A model generated the notes under the pieces. That model was not told the origin of the DNA. It searched no databases and worked only from the letters and a program-made list of their open reading frames with translations. Positions 9,678 through 18,255 of a DNA stretch of 64,000 nt are shown here, in pieces. The stretch's first letter is position 1. The number at the start of each line of letters is the position of its first letter. The DNA comes from Minisyncoccota bacterium (GTDB taxonomy: Bacteria; Patescibacteriota; Minisyncoccia; Phycocordibacterales; Phycocordibacteraceae), in contig JALHQL010000003.1 of NCBI GenBank assembly GCA_022841985.1, forward strand, positions 6,878-70,877, given 5' to 3'. Position numbers and translations under genes: made by a program.

Positions 9678-10898
9678 ATGAGCGCGATTAATTTCAAGAT
9701 AGAGAAGCGCACGGCTGGCGGAGCCGGCCGTGCGGGAATTCTCTCTACTCCTCACGGCACTATCCGCACGCCTGCCTTTGCGCCAGTCGGTACAAAAGCA
9801 AATGTAAAGGGTATTTTACCGAGTGCTCTTGAGGCTCTTGGTGCTGAAGTCGTACTTGCGAACACCTACCATCTCTATTTGCAGCCGGGCGAGAAGATAG
9901 TAAAAGATGCCGGCGGACTTGGAAAGTTTATGGGTTGGAAGGGTCCGACAATGACCGATTCGGGTGGTTTCCAGGTCTTCTCTCTCGGGGCTGCTTTTGG
10001 AAAGACTATTTCGAAATTTACAAAAGAAGACTCTCCACCAGAAGAGTCTGTTGCTGTATACGACGAAGGAGTGGCAAGCCAGCATGGACAGCTCGCAGTT
10101 ATTGACGATGAGGGAGTTTCGTTCACTTCGCACCTTGATGGCTCGCTGCATCGCTTTACGCCCGAGCGCTCAGTCGAGATCCAGCATTCGCTCGGCGCGG
10201 ATATTTTTTTCGCGTTCGATGAGTGCACGTCACCAACCGAGCCCTATGCGTATCAGAGAGAGGCGATGGAGCGAACGCATCGTTGGGCAGAGCGTTCTCT
10301 GAAGGCGCACCGGCAGAATATAGACGCAGTGGGGAAGCAGGCGCTTTTCGGTATCGTGCAGGGCGGTCGGCATGAAGATTTACGTAAAGAGTCAGCGCGC
10401 GAAATTGTTCGTTTGGGTTTCGATGGTGTTGGCATCGGAGGATCATTTTCTAAAGAGGATATGCGCGGAGCTCTCTCCGCGGCCATGAGCGAACTTCCAG
10501 AAGAACTTCCGCGACATTTCCTTGGTATTGGCGAGCCGAGCGACATTCTTGAAGGTATTGCGAGCGGTATGGATCTCTTTGATTGTGTTGCGGCAACACG
10601 ACTTGGTCGCCATGGCTCTATCTACACGAAACACGGTTTACTTCATCTGAAAAACGAAAAGTATCGAAATGATTTTTCTGCACTCGATTCAGGTACTGTC
10701 ATTTCCGGTACAGAATCGTTTACGCGTGCATACGTGTCGCATCTCCTGCGAAGTGGAGAAATGCTCGGAGCGGTCATCGCCTCGATGCATAATGTCGGTT
10801 TTATTTTGCGGCTTTTTGCGGATGCTCGCCAAGCTATCCTTGATGGACGATTTGAGGATTATCGTGCAGACTTCATTCGCACATACACCCATGGCTAA
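9678..10898 (+). CDS. tgt: Queuine tRNA-ribosyltransferase (tRNA-guanine transglycosylase)
   Basis: Motifs are RTPAFAPVGT, VLANTYHLYLQPG, TDSGGFQVFSL, LFGIVQGG and GIGEPSD. The start was chosen at ATG 9678 (MSAINFKIEK...). The ORF track starts at 9621. The C-terminal Zn subdomain lacks the CxCxxC cysteines (see findings). Confidence 0.85.
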   Translation: MSAINFKIEKRTAGGAGRAGILSTPHGTIRTPAFAPVGTKANVKGILPSALEALGAEVVLANTYHLYLQPGEKIVKDAGGLGKFMGWKGPTMTDSGGFQVFSLGAAFGKTISKFTKEDSPPEESVAVYDEGVASQHGQLAVIDDEGVSFTSHLDGSLHRFTPERSVEIQHSLGADIFFAFDECTSPTEPYAYQREAMERTHRWAERSLKAHRQNIDAVGKQALFGIVQGGRHEDLRKESAREIVRLGFDGVGIGGSFSKEDMRGALSAAMSELPEELPRHFLGIGEPSDILEGIASGMDLFDCVAATRLGRHGSIYTKHGLLHLKNEKYRNDFSALDSGTVISGTESFTRAYVSHLLRSGEMLGAVIASMHNVGFILRLFADARQAILDGRFEDYRADFIRTYTHG

Positions 10899-12924
10899 TT
10901 TTAAACTACATACTCCATTTCCTCCGGCGGGCGACCAGCCGCAGGCTATCGCGGCCCTTGAGAAAGGGCTGAAGAAAGGTCTGCGTCACCAGACATTGTT
11001 TGGTGTGACTGGAAGTGGCAAAACCTTTACGGTAGCGAACGTCATCGCAAAACATGATAAGCCGACGCTTGTCCTTGCTCACAACAAAACGCTCGCAGCT
11101 CAGCTCGCGCAGGAGTATCGAGAGTTCTTTCCCGAAAACGCGGTGCATTATTTCGTCTCGTACTACGACTACTACCAACCAGAGGCATATATCGCGCACT
11201 CGGATACCTATATTGAGAAAGAGGCGATGATCAACGCCGAGATAGACCGTTTGCGTCACGCTGCAACACAGGCACTGCTTACTCGCAAAGACGTTATCAT
11301 TGTCGCTTCAGTTTCAGCTATCTATGGTCTTGGTTCGCCTGAAGAATATGAAAAAGTGCATGTGAAGATAGAAAAAGGGTCAGTCGAAGATCGTGCGGCT
11401 CTTATTCGGAAACTCATTGGTATTTATTTTGAACGGACGATCGCTGACCTTAATCCTGGGCAGTTGCGTGCCATCGGGAATTCGCTTGAGTTTATGCCGG
11501 TGAACGAACGCTCGATTTACCGCATCACGTTTGATGGCGATCGTATCACCTCTATCGATCAGCTTGATCCGGTTTCGCGTGCGCGAATGTCTGCACCTGA
11601 ATCAATTTTTGTGTTCCCAGCAAAACACTTTGTTACAAATGAAGAGGATCGATTGCGTGCCATTGAGAATATCAAGCTTGAGCTTGCGGAGCAGCTTGCG
11701 AAGTTTAAACGTGAAGAAAAGCCATTGGAGCATGAACGTCTAAAGCGGCGCACACTCCACGACCTCGCTCTTATTCGTGAACTCGGTTATACAAGCGGGA
11801 TTGAGAATTACTCTCGTCACTTTGACGGCAGAAAGCCGGGTGAACCGCCGTATACGCTTCTTTCGTATTTTCCGAAAGATTTTCTTACCGTTATCGACGA
11901 GTCGCATGTCACTGTCCCGCAAATAGGCGGTATGTATGCGGGTGATAAGTCGAGGAAAGATACGCTCGTCGAATACGGATTCCGTCTTCCTTCTGCACGT
12001 GACAATCGCCCGCTTCGGTTTGAAGAATTTGAAAAGCGTACGGGACAGATCTTGTATACAAGTGCGACGCCGGGACCATATGAGCGCGAGCATTCCGAGC
12101 AGGTTGTTGAGCAAATCATCCGCCCGACGGGTCTTATTGATCCCGAACTCACGGTACGTGCCGTAAGCGAAACAAGTAGCTATAAAGGACAAGTCGCCGA
12201 TTTTATCGCGGAAGCAGGATTGGTTATCAAGCGTGGTGGTAGAGCACTCGCGACAACTCTTACCAAACAAATGGCCGAAGATCTTTCTTCATTCTTGCGC
12301 GAAAAGGGCATTAAGGCAGAGTATCTTCATTCGGATGTGAAGACGATAGATCGTATCGACATCCTTACTAATTTTCGTAAGGGCATATTTGACATCTTGA
12401 TCGGTGTAAATCTCTTGCGCGAAGGACTCGACTTACCGGAGGTTGAGCTTGTGGGTATCTTAGATGCTGACAAGGAAGGATTCCTTCGTAGCGAAACTTC
12501 GCTCATTCAGACCATTGGCCGCGCAGCTCGCAATGTCCTCGGCCGAGTCATTTTGTATGCTGATACCATCACAGGTTCGCTTGAGGGAGCCATAGGTGAG
12601 ACGAATCGACGGCGCGCGATTCAGATGACCTATAACGAGAAACATGGCATTACGCCTCAGACCATCAAGAAAGAAATACATGACATCGCGGCCTCGATGC
12701 GTACGGAGCATCAGCGCACTATTGATGAACTTCTTGTGCTTGATACTCTTGCGTACAAAGACGATCCAGCGGCATTCATTAAACGGAAGAGGGAAGAAAT
12801 GGCGGAGGCTGTGGAACAACTCGATTTCGAAACAGCAGCACTTATTCGTGATGAGCTGTATAAGCTCGAAGGAAACGGACCAAAAAAGAAACCTCGCGCG
12901 CGTAAGGCTCTTTCGGGGGCGTGA
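10891..12924 (+). CDS. uvrB: Excinuclease ABC subunit B
   Basis: Start at ATG 10891 (MANFKLHTPFPPAGDQPQAIAAL), overlapping the tgt stop by 8 nt. The track ORF from 10669 is a read-through artefact. Walker A is GVTGSGKTFT, with helicase motifs, the beta-hairpin region and a C-terminal UvrC-binding helix (ALIRDELYKLE). Confidence 0.9.
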   Translation: MANFKLHTPFPPAGDQPQAIAALEKGLKKGLRHQTLFGVTGSGKTFTVANVIAKHDKPTLVLAHNKTLAAQLAQEYREFFPENAVHYFVSYYDYYQPEAYIAHSDTYIEKEAMINAEIDRLRHAATQALLTRKDVIIVASVSAIYGLGSPEEYEKVHVKIEKGSVEDRAALIRKLIGIYFERTIADLNPGQLRAIGNSLEFMPVNERSIYRITFDGDRITSIDQLDPVSRARMSAPESIFVFPAKHFVTNEEDRLRAIENIKLELAEQLAKFKREEKPLEHERLKRRTLHDLALIRELGYTSGIENYSRHFDGRKPGEPPYTLLSYFPKDFLTVIDESHVTVPQIGGMYAGDKSRKDTLVEYGFRLPSARDNRPLRFEEFEKRTGQILYTSATPGPYEREHSEQVVEQIIRPTGLIDPELTVRAVSETSSYKGQVADFIAEAGLVIKRGGRALATTLTKQMAEDLSSFLREKGIKAEYLHSDVKTIDRIDILTNFRKGIFDILIGVNLLREGLDLPEVELVGILDADKEGFLRSETSLIQTIGRAARNVLGRVILYADTITGSLEGAIGETNRRRAIQMTYNEKHGITPQTIKKEIHDIAASMRTEHQRTIDELLVLDTLAYKDDPAAFIKRKREEMAEAVEQLDFETAALIRDELYKLEGNGPKKKPRARKALSGA

Positions 12925-13012
12925 TCTGTATCGGATGAGTTGTTAGTTATCCACATAATGCAGCACAAGTCGTAGGTTCTTTTCGCACGGTACCTATATA
13001 CTGTAACCATAA

Positions 13013-13333
13013 ATGAACGACAATTCAGAACCTTTTTTTGGAACCAGGTCGAAGATACTAGTAGGTATTGTAATTATGCTTTTCGTTCTGTGGCTCTGGA
13101 TGAGTTGGCTTCAAGGGGTGTTCCCGTTCTCGTCAGGCGGCACTGTCACAACATCGGAAAAAATAGAACAGCAGCTATCAGAAAAAGATGTGCTTGGTTC
13201 TCTCACGTCATCTGCCCCCTCCTCCACGACGCCGAGCCCTTCAGTACTCGAAAGCCTTACTCCAACCTCGAAAAAGGGAAATGCAGCGTCCGCCGATACC
13301 TCAGTGCTTGACTCACTAACTTCAACAGAATAA
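13013..13333 (+). CDS. Small membrane-anchored S/T-rich hypothetical protein
   Basis: 106 aa with an N-terminal TM segment and an S/T/P-rich tail carrying a three-fold VL(G/E/D)SLT motif. Confidence 0.35.
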   Translation: MNDNSEPFFGTRSKILVGIVIMLFVLWLWMSWLQGVFPFSSGGTVTTSEKIEQQLSEKDVLGSLTSSAPSSTTPSPSVLESLTPTSKKGNAASADTSVLDSLTSTE

Positions 13334-13337
13334 CAAC

Positions 13338-14468
13338 ATGTTCATGCTTCCCACATTCATCTTCCGCCATCGTTATGTATCGTTTCTTACAGGCACGATA
13401 ACGCTAATTCTCGTAGTCCTTGGAGGTATTTCTGTGCATGCGCAATCTGGTGGTCAACCGGTAACCGGTTGGGCATGGTCTTCAAACATCGGCTGGATTA
13501 GTTTTGATGGCGTAGGGTATGGCGTGTCCGAAGATTCAGGGACGGGCGCACTTTCTGGTTATGCATGGTCTTCAAACATCGGCTGGATTAGTTTTAATTC
13601 GGCTCATGTCTCTGGCTGTCCATCCGGCTCATGTGCACCGCAAGTCAATTTATCAACAGGAAATTTGAATGGATGGGCACGCGCTTGCGCGGCATTTGCT
13701 AACAAAAATGCTTGTAGCGGCGCGCTTGATCCAAACGGCGGTGGATGGGACGGGTGGATTGCTCTTTCTGGTACTGCGGTTAATGGCACTTTGTATGGTG
13801 TTACTCAAAATAATACTACCGGTGCATGGAATGGATTCGCATGGGGTTCTGATACGGTAGGAGCAATCAGTATGGCTGGTACGATAAATGGTGTGCCGTA
13901 CGGAGTCTTTGGCAATTGTTCTGGTCCGTGCGTAGGAGCTACGTCCCCACAAGCATTCCTTTATGTTGATGAATCTACTATTGCTCAAGGTGGATCTACA
14001 ATGATCCGTTGGTCTTCTGTTAACGCATCCTCCTGTACGGGTACAGGCTTTACTGCAGGAGGTCCCTCAGGCGGTGTCTCGACAGGAACACTAAGCGCTC
14101 CCGGAACCTATCCCTATCAGGTTGTTTGCACGGATACGAGCGGTCAAGTCTCTCCTCCTGCCTCGGCGGTAGTTACAGTGCTACCTCCTTATGGTCTGAC
14201 CATTTCGGCAACTCCCGCACGTGTAAGTTCTGGCTCTACCTCGAGCATATCGTGGAGTGCTTATGGGGTACAGTCGTGCGAAGTATCCGGGCCGGGCCTT
14301 ACTACAGTAAGCGGAAATGCAGACGCAAGTAATAATTTCTCTACAGGTTCTCCACAGAGCGTTACAATAAACAGCCAGGCTACTTTCACTATCACTTGTC
14401 AGGCTGCCGGTACGTCGGTTTCCAGGTCTGTAGTGGTGAATCTTCTACCGTCTTTCCAGGAATTTTAA
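13338..14468 (+). CDS. Secreted hypothetical protein with tandem GW(A)WSSNIGWISF repeats and a Cys-containing C-terminal region
   Basis: 376 aa with a signal peptide ending ...SVHAQS. G(W/Y)AWSSNIGWISF occurs twice, 30 aa apart, encoded by a perfect 33-nt DNA repeat. No known domain recognised. Confidence 0.5.
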   Translation: MFMLPTFIFRHRYVSFLTGTITLILVVLGGISVHAQSGGQPVTGWAWSSNIGWISFDGVGYGVSEDSGTGALSGYAWSSNIGWISFNSAHVSGCPSGSCAPQVNLSTGNLNGWARACAAFANKNACSGALDPNGGGWDGWIALSGTAVNGTLYGVTQNNTTGAWNGFAWGSDTVGAISMAGTINGVPYGVFGNCSGPCVGATSPQAFLYVDESTIAQGGSTMIRWSSVNASSCTGTGFTAGGPSGGVSTGTLSAPGTYPYQVVCTDTSGQVSPPASAVVTVLPPYGLTISATPARVSSGSTSSISWSAYGVQSCEVSGPGLTTVSGNADASNNFSTGSPQSVTINSQATFTITCQAAGTSVSRSVVVNLLPSFQEF

Positions 14469-14489
14469 AAATTAAATAGTACATTATCT

Positions 14490-15188
14490 ATGAAAATTAA
14501 TCGCATACTCTCACAAATCGCTCTCGTTACAGGAACTCTTCTATTCTCTCTCGGGATTCAGACGTATGCCCAAACATGGAGCGCACCCACAGTCTCTCCG
14601 CCAAATAGCAATGCTTATACTCCGCTCACTATTGGTCCAGCGGCACAAATAAAGGCAGGCGGACTCCTCCTCAGTACGGGTAATGCAGTCAATGGCCTCC
14701 TCGTGCAAAACGGCAATGTCGGCATTGGAACGATAAGTCCAACCGCTAAGCTCGATGTGGCAGGAAACCTAAGGGTGGCAGGAGAAGTAAAGATTGGAAA
14801 TTCTGGTGCGGCCTGTACGACCGCTAATCTTGGCTCCGTGCGTTATGCTCCAGCACCTATTGATGCTGTGCAGTATTGTGCCAGCAGTGGTGGCACGCCG
14901 GTTTGGAAACACATTTCTCCGCCGCCGCCTTTAACAATCAGTGCTATCGGTCAGTGCCCCAACCCCAACCCCAATGGGGGCGGTAACAATTGCCCCCCGA
15001 GCAATGTCGGCGGGGCAGCTGCATCGGCAACTCGTCTTTGTGTACTAGCCGGTCGCTCCAACTACCTTTCTACAACAAACCAGACGATTGCTGGAAACAT
15101 TGTCGGGGGCGCATATTGGAATGGCAGCAGGTGGGTGAGTACCTCATGGGGAGGAGGGCAGGTTACCTCGTCGATTGTGTGTCAATAA
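14490..15188 (+). CDS. Secreted hypothetical protein, paralog of 34049..34609 (shared ~95-aa N-terminal module)
   Basis: 232 aa. Signal peptide MKINRILSQIALVTGTLLFSLGIQTYAQ. The N-terminal region is ~85% identical to the 34049 protein, including GNVGIGT(I/T)SPTAKLDV. The C-terminal region is unrelated and Cys-containing. Confidence 0.5.
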   Translation: MKINRILSQIALVTGTLLFSLGIQTYAQTWSAPTVSPPNSNAYTPLTIGPAAQIKAGGLLLSTGNAVNGLLVQNGNVGIGTISPTAKLDVAGNLRVAGEVKIGNSGAACTTANLGSVRYAPAPIDAVQYCASSGGTPVWKHISPPPPLTISAIGQCPNPNPNGGGNNCPPSNVGGAAASATRLCVLAGRSNYLSTTNQTIAGNIVGGAYWNGSRWVSTSWGGGQVTSSIVCQ

Positions 15189-15245
15189 GAGAATCGCTCA
15201 TATTACCGACCCTGTTTATAGAAATTATTGATACATTGGAACTAA

Positions 15246-15431
15246 ATTTCTGATCGTGTCGATGCTTCGTGTGCAGCGGGCGAGACTATGACCGGGGCTA
15301 GTTGTCGTGGTGTAGACACCTGCTCTGGCAGTGATTCCTCTGCCTATGGCGGATACCTGACGGATGCTGGAATTGTTTGCTCAACTCAAACCTGTACAAC
15401 CCACACAGCGTATGTTCGTTGCTGCAGGTAA
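15246..15431 (+). pseudogene. In-frame remnant homologous to the Cys-rich C-terminal domain of the 34049..34609 paralog
   Basis: It is in the same frame as 14490..15188 but separated by 57 nt carrying TAA/TAG/TAA/TGA stops. It translates to ...ETMTGASCRGVDTCSGSDSSAYGGYLTDAGIVCSTQTCTTHTAYVRCCR. The paralog has EAMTGGGCNCQDTASGGDSSAYGGYPSGNGWTCPNTTASGCGRNTAYVRCVSY. Confidence 0.35.
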
Positions 15432-15543
15432 GTTCCGAGGATCTGTAGTGGTTAGTTAGAAGAAGTGATATAGTCTAGCCGCACCTGCCCCTCCATGGGC
15501 AGGCGGCTGTGCCTCTGTCAGCACACTATTTTTATAGAATCGT

Positions 15544-18255
15544 ATGAAAAAAACAAAAGCTGAAGGACGCGAACATCGACACGGAAGCCCCGTTAGAGAC
15601 GGGTCGCTTTCAGCGCACCGATCTAACGGGGTAAACTCGCATGATCACCATCTCGGTAGTGAGTGGCTGACCGTTCGTGGAGCAAGGACCCACAACTTGA
15701 AAAATATTTCTGCTGAGATGCCGCGTGGAGCGATGACAGTGATTACCGGTCTTTCAGGAAGCGGTAAGTCGTCTCTTGCATTCGATACTATTTTTGCCGA
15801 AGGACAGCGGCGCTACGTCGAGTCTCTCTCTGCATATGCGCGTCAATTTCTCAATCAGATGGCGAAGCCGGACGTCGATGAAATCACGGGCCTTTCACCA
15901 GCTATTTCCATAGATCAGAAAAGTCGTTCAAATAACCCACGCTCGACAGTAGCGACTGTCACCGAGATTTACGATTATCTGCGCGTCCTTTATGCACGTG
16001 CCGGACAGCCATATTGTATTCATCACGACGTACCAATCGTGCGACTCTCAAAAGAGGAGATGATTAAGATGGTGTTCTCGCGTGTCGATGCGAAGCGCAA
16101 AGGAGCGGGAACATCTGTTATGGGTGTTGCGGTAGACAAAACAGCAGTGACTATTTATGCGCCAGTTGTTGTCGGCAGGAAGGGTGAATATTATCAGCTA
16201 CTCTATGACCTCCTTGGTAAAGGATATGAGCGAGTCGTTATCGACGGGAAAACACAATCGCTACGAGAAAAAATAGTGCTTGACCGCAATAAACAGCACA
16301 GCATCGACGTGCTTGTGGACTCTATTTTTGTCTCTGAATTTGCGCGTACGACCGCAGGTGCCCGCGAGAGGCTTTCGGAAGCGCTTGAACTCGCACTCAA
16401 GCAATCGGATGGCCTGGTGAAAATTCAACACGCCGACGGTACACTCGAAACCCTTTCGTCAAAGTTTATTTGTCCAGACGATGGGGCATCTTTCCCCGAA
16501 GTCGAACCGCGCCTCTTCTCTTTCAATTCACCGTATGGCGCGTGTCCAGCCTGCCATGGTCTTGGCACCGAGTCACTTTTTTCAGAGGAAATATGCCAAG
16601 CCTGCGAAGGAAAGCGCCTTCGCCCGGAGGCATTGCGGGTATTTCTTAAATCCAAGAAGGATAAAACACTCGGGAAAAGCGTCGTAGACTTTACCAATAT
16701 GTCGATTAGGGAGGCGAAAGAGTTTGTCGATTCCATCGAGCTCTCGGAGATGAAAAAAGACATTGCTGAGCCAATCCTCAAGGAGATCAATAGTCGCCTC
16801 TCGTTCATGTTGAACGTTGGTCTTGATTACCTTACGCTCAATCGTTCGGCGGCGACACTTTCAGGTGGAGAAGCGCAACGCATCCGACTTGCTTCACAAC
16901 TCGGTAGCGGACTCACTGGTGCGCTGTATGTGCTCGATGAGCCGACTATCGGCCTCCATCAGCGCGACAATGACCGTCTTATCAAGACACTGCTTGTTTT
17001 AAAAGAGCTCGGTAACACTATTATCGTCGTTGAACACGATGAAGACACGATTTATTCCGCTGACTATCTCATTGATATTGGCCCGGGTGCAGGTGTGCAC
17101 GGCGGGAAAGTCGTCGTATCTGGTTGGCTTGATGATCTTCTGACCGCAAAAGAGAATAAAAGCAACTCTCTTACTCTCTCGTATTTGCGTCAAGAAAAAG
17201 AAATATCTGTACCTGAAAAGCGACGTACTAGCGAAAAAGGCTATATAAAAGTCCGTGGGGCGACTCTTCACAATCTGATAAACCAAAACATCGATGTGCC
17301 CTTAGGGAAACTCGTTTGCATTACGGGCGTATCCGGTAGTGGAAAATCGACGTTTCTTTACGACATTTTGCATCGCAATATTGCTGGACGCTTTATGCGC
17401 CGCGAAGCGAAGCTCGAACACATTTCCTCTCTGACTGGTACGGAATATATCGGCCGTGCGGTTCTCATAGATCAATCACCCATTGGGCGTACGCCACGCT
17501 CAAACCCGGCAACATATACCGGCGCTTTTACACATATCCGAGATCTTTTCGCCGCGACTCCCGAAGCGCGCGCCCGTGGATGGAAGCCGGGCCGTTTCTC
17601 CTTTAACGTTCCGGGGGGTCGTTGTGAAGCATGCCAAGGGAATGGCTCTATTGCGGTTGAGATGCACTTTCTACCAACAGTGTATGTAACCTGTGATATC
17701 TGTATGGGCAAACGCTTTATGAAAGAAACACTCGAGATTACATTTCGGGGTAAGACGATTCATGAAGTACTTCAAATGACTATTGAAGAAGCAGAGAAAT
17801 TTTTTGCGGATATCCCCGCGATTGCCGATCGTTTGATGAGTTTGAATTCAACTGGGCTTGAATATCTCACACTCGGACAAAGTGCGACGACACTCTCCGG
17901 CGGAGAAGCACAGCGTGTAAAAATAGCGAGCGAACTCTATCGGTCAATGACAATGAAAACGATATATCTTCTTGATGAACCCACGGTCGGTCTCCACTAT
18001 GAAGACGTACGTAAACTCATCGAGATTCTGCAGGAACTGGTGCTTCGGGGGAATACCGTGGTCGTCATTGAGCATAATCTCGACGTGATAAAGAGCTCTG
18101 ACTACGTGATTGACTTTGGTCCTGAAGGAGGTGCTGGAGGCGGAAAAATTATTGCAAAAGGCACACCCGAAGAAGTTGCTGACACGGAGGGTTCGTATAC
18201 GGGCGAATATCTGGCAAAAGCGTTACGACAGCATGCAAAAAAACGAACTACATAA
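15544..18255 (+). CDS. uvrA: Excinuclease ABC subunit A
   Basis: 903 aa. Two ABC ATPase modules (GLSGSGKSSLAF..., GVSGSGKSTFLY..., LSGGEAQR x2) and Zn-finger Cys pairs (CPACHG, CEACQG). There is an ~40-aa N-terminal extension before the canonical VRGARTHNLKNI, so the start is uncertain. Confidence 0.9.
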   Translation: MKKTKAEGREHRHGSPVRDGSLSAHRSNGVNSHDHHLGSEWLTVRGARTHNLKNISAEMPRGAMTVITGLSGSGKSSLAFDTIFAEGQRRYVESLSAYARQFLNQMAKPDVDEITGLSPAISIDQKSRSNNPRSTVATVTEIYDYLRVLYARAGQPYCIHHDVPIVRLSKEEMIKMVFSRVDAKRKGAGTSVMGVAVDKTAVTIYAPVVVGRKGEYYQLLYDLLGKGYERVVIDGKTQSLREKIVLDRNKQHSIDVLVDSIFVSEFARTTAGARERLSEALELALKQSDGLVKIQHADGTLETLSSKFICPDDGASFPEVEPRLFSFNSPYGACPACHGLGTESLFSEEICQACEGKRLRPEALRVFLKSKKDKTLGKSVVDFTNMSIREAKEFVDSIELSEMKKDIAEPILKEINSRLSFMLNVGLDYLTLNRSAATLSGGEAQRIRLASQLGSGLTGALYVLDEPTIGLHQRDNDRLIKTLLVLKELGNTIIVVEHDEDTIYSADYLIDIGPGAGVHGGKVVVSGWLDDLLTAKENKSNSLTLSYLRQEKEISVPEKRRTSEKGYIKVRGATLHNLINQNIDVPLGKLVCITGVSGSGKSTFLYDILHRNIAGRFMRREAKLEHISSLTGTEYIGRAVLIDQSPIGRTPRSNPATYTGAFTHIRDLFAATPEARARGWKPGRFSFNVPGGRCEACQGNGSIAVEMHFLPTVYVTCDICMGKRFMKETLEITFRGKTIHEVLQMTIEEAEKFFADIPAIADRLMSLNSTGLEYLTLGQSATTLSGGEAQRVKIASELYRSMTMKTIYLLDEPTVGLHYEDVRKLIEILQELVLRGNTVVVIEHNLDVIKSSDYVIDFGPEGGAGGGKIIAKGTPEEVADTEGSYTGEYLAKALRQHAKKRTT

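Noticed and set aside
10669-10890. Upstream extension of uvrB (track ORF starts 10669), and likewise the uvrC ORF from 18110.
   Set aside because: The extensions overlap the 3' ends of tgt and uvrA in another frame. Family-conserved N-termini (MANFKLHTPF..., MQKNELHKFNLPDVPGVY...) begin at the internal ATGs 10891 and 18233.
15186-15253. Stop-codon recoding (an alternative genetic code, e.g. UGA=Gly) to fuse 14490..15188 with the downstream remnant.
   Set aside because: The gap contains TAA and TAG as well as TGA. All confidently identified genes in the window terminate and read normally under the standard code.
13338-15431. Diversity-generating retroelement (DGR) explanation for the variable secreted-protein C-termini.
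   Set aside because: There is no reverse transcriptase gene or template-repeat / variable-repeat pair with adenine-specific mismatches in the window. The variation looks like cassette replacement rather than mutagenic retrohoming.
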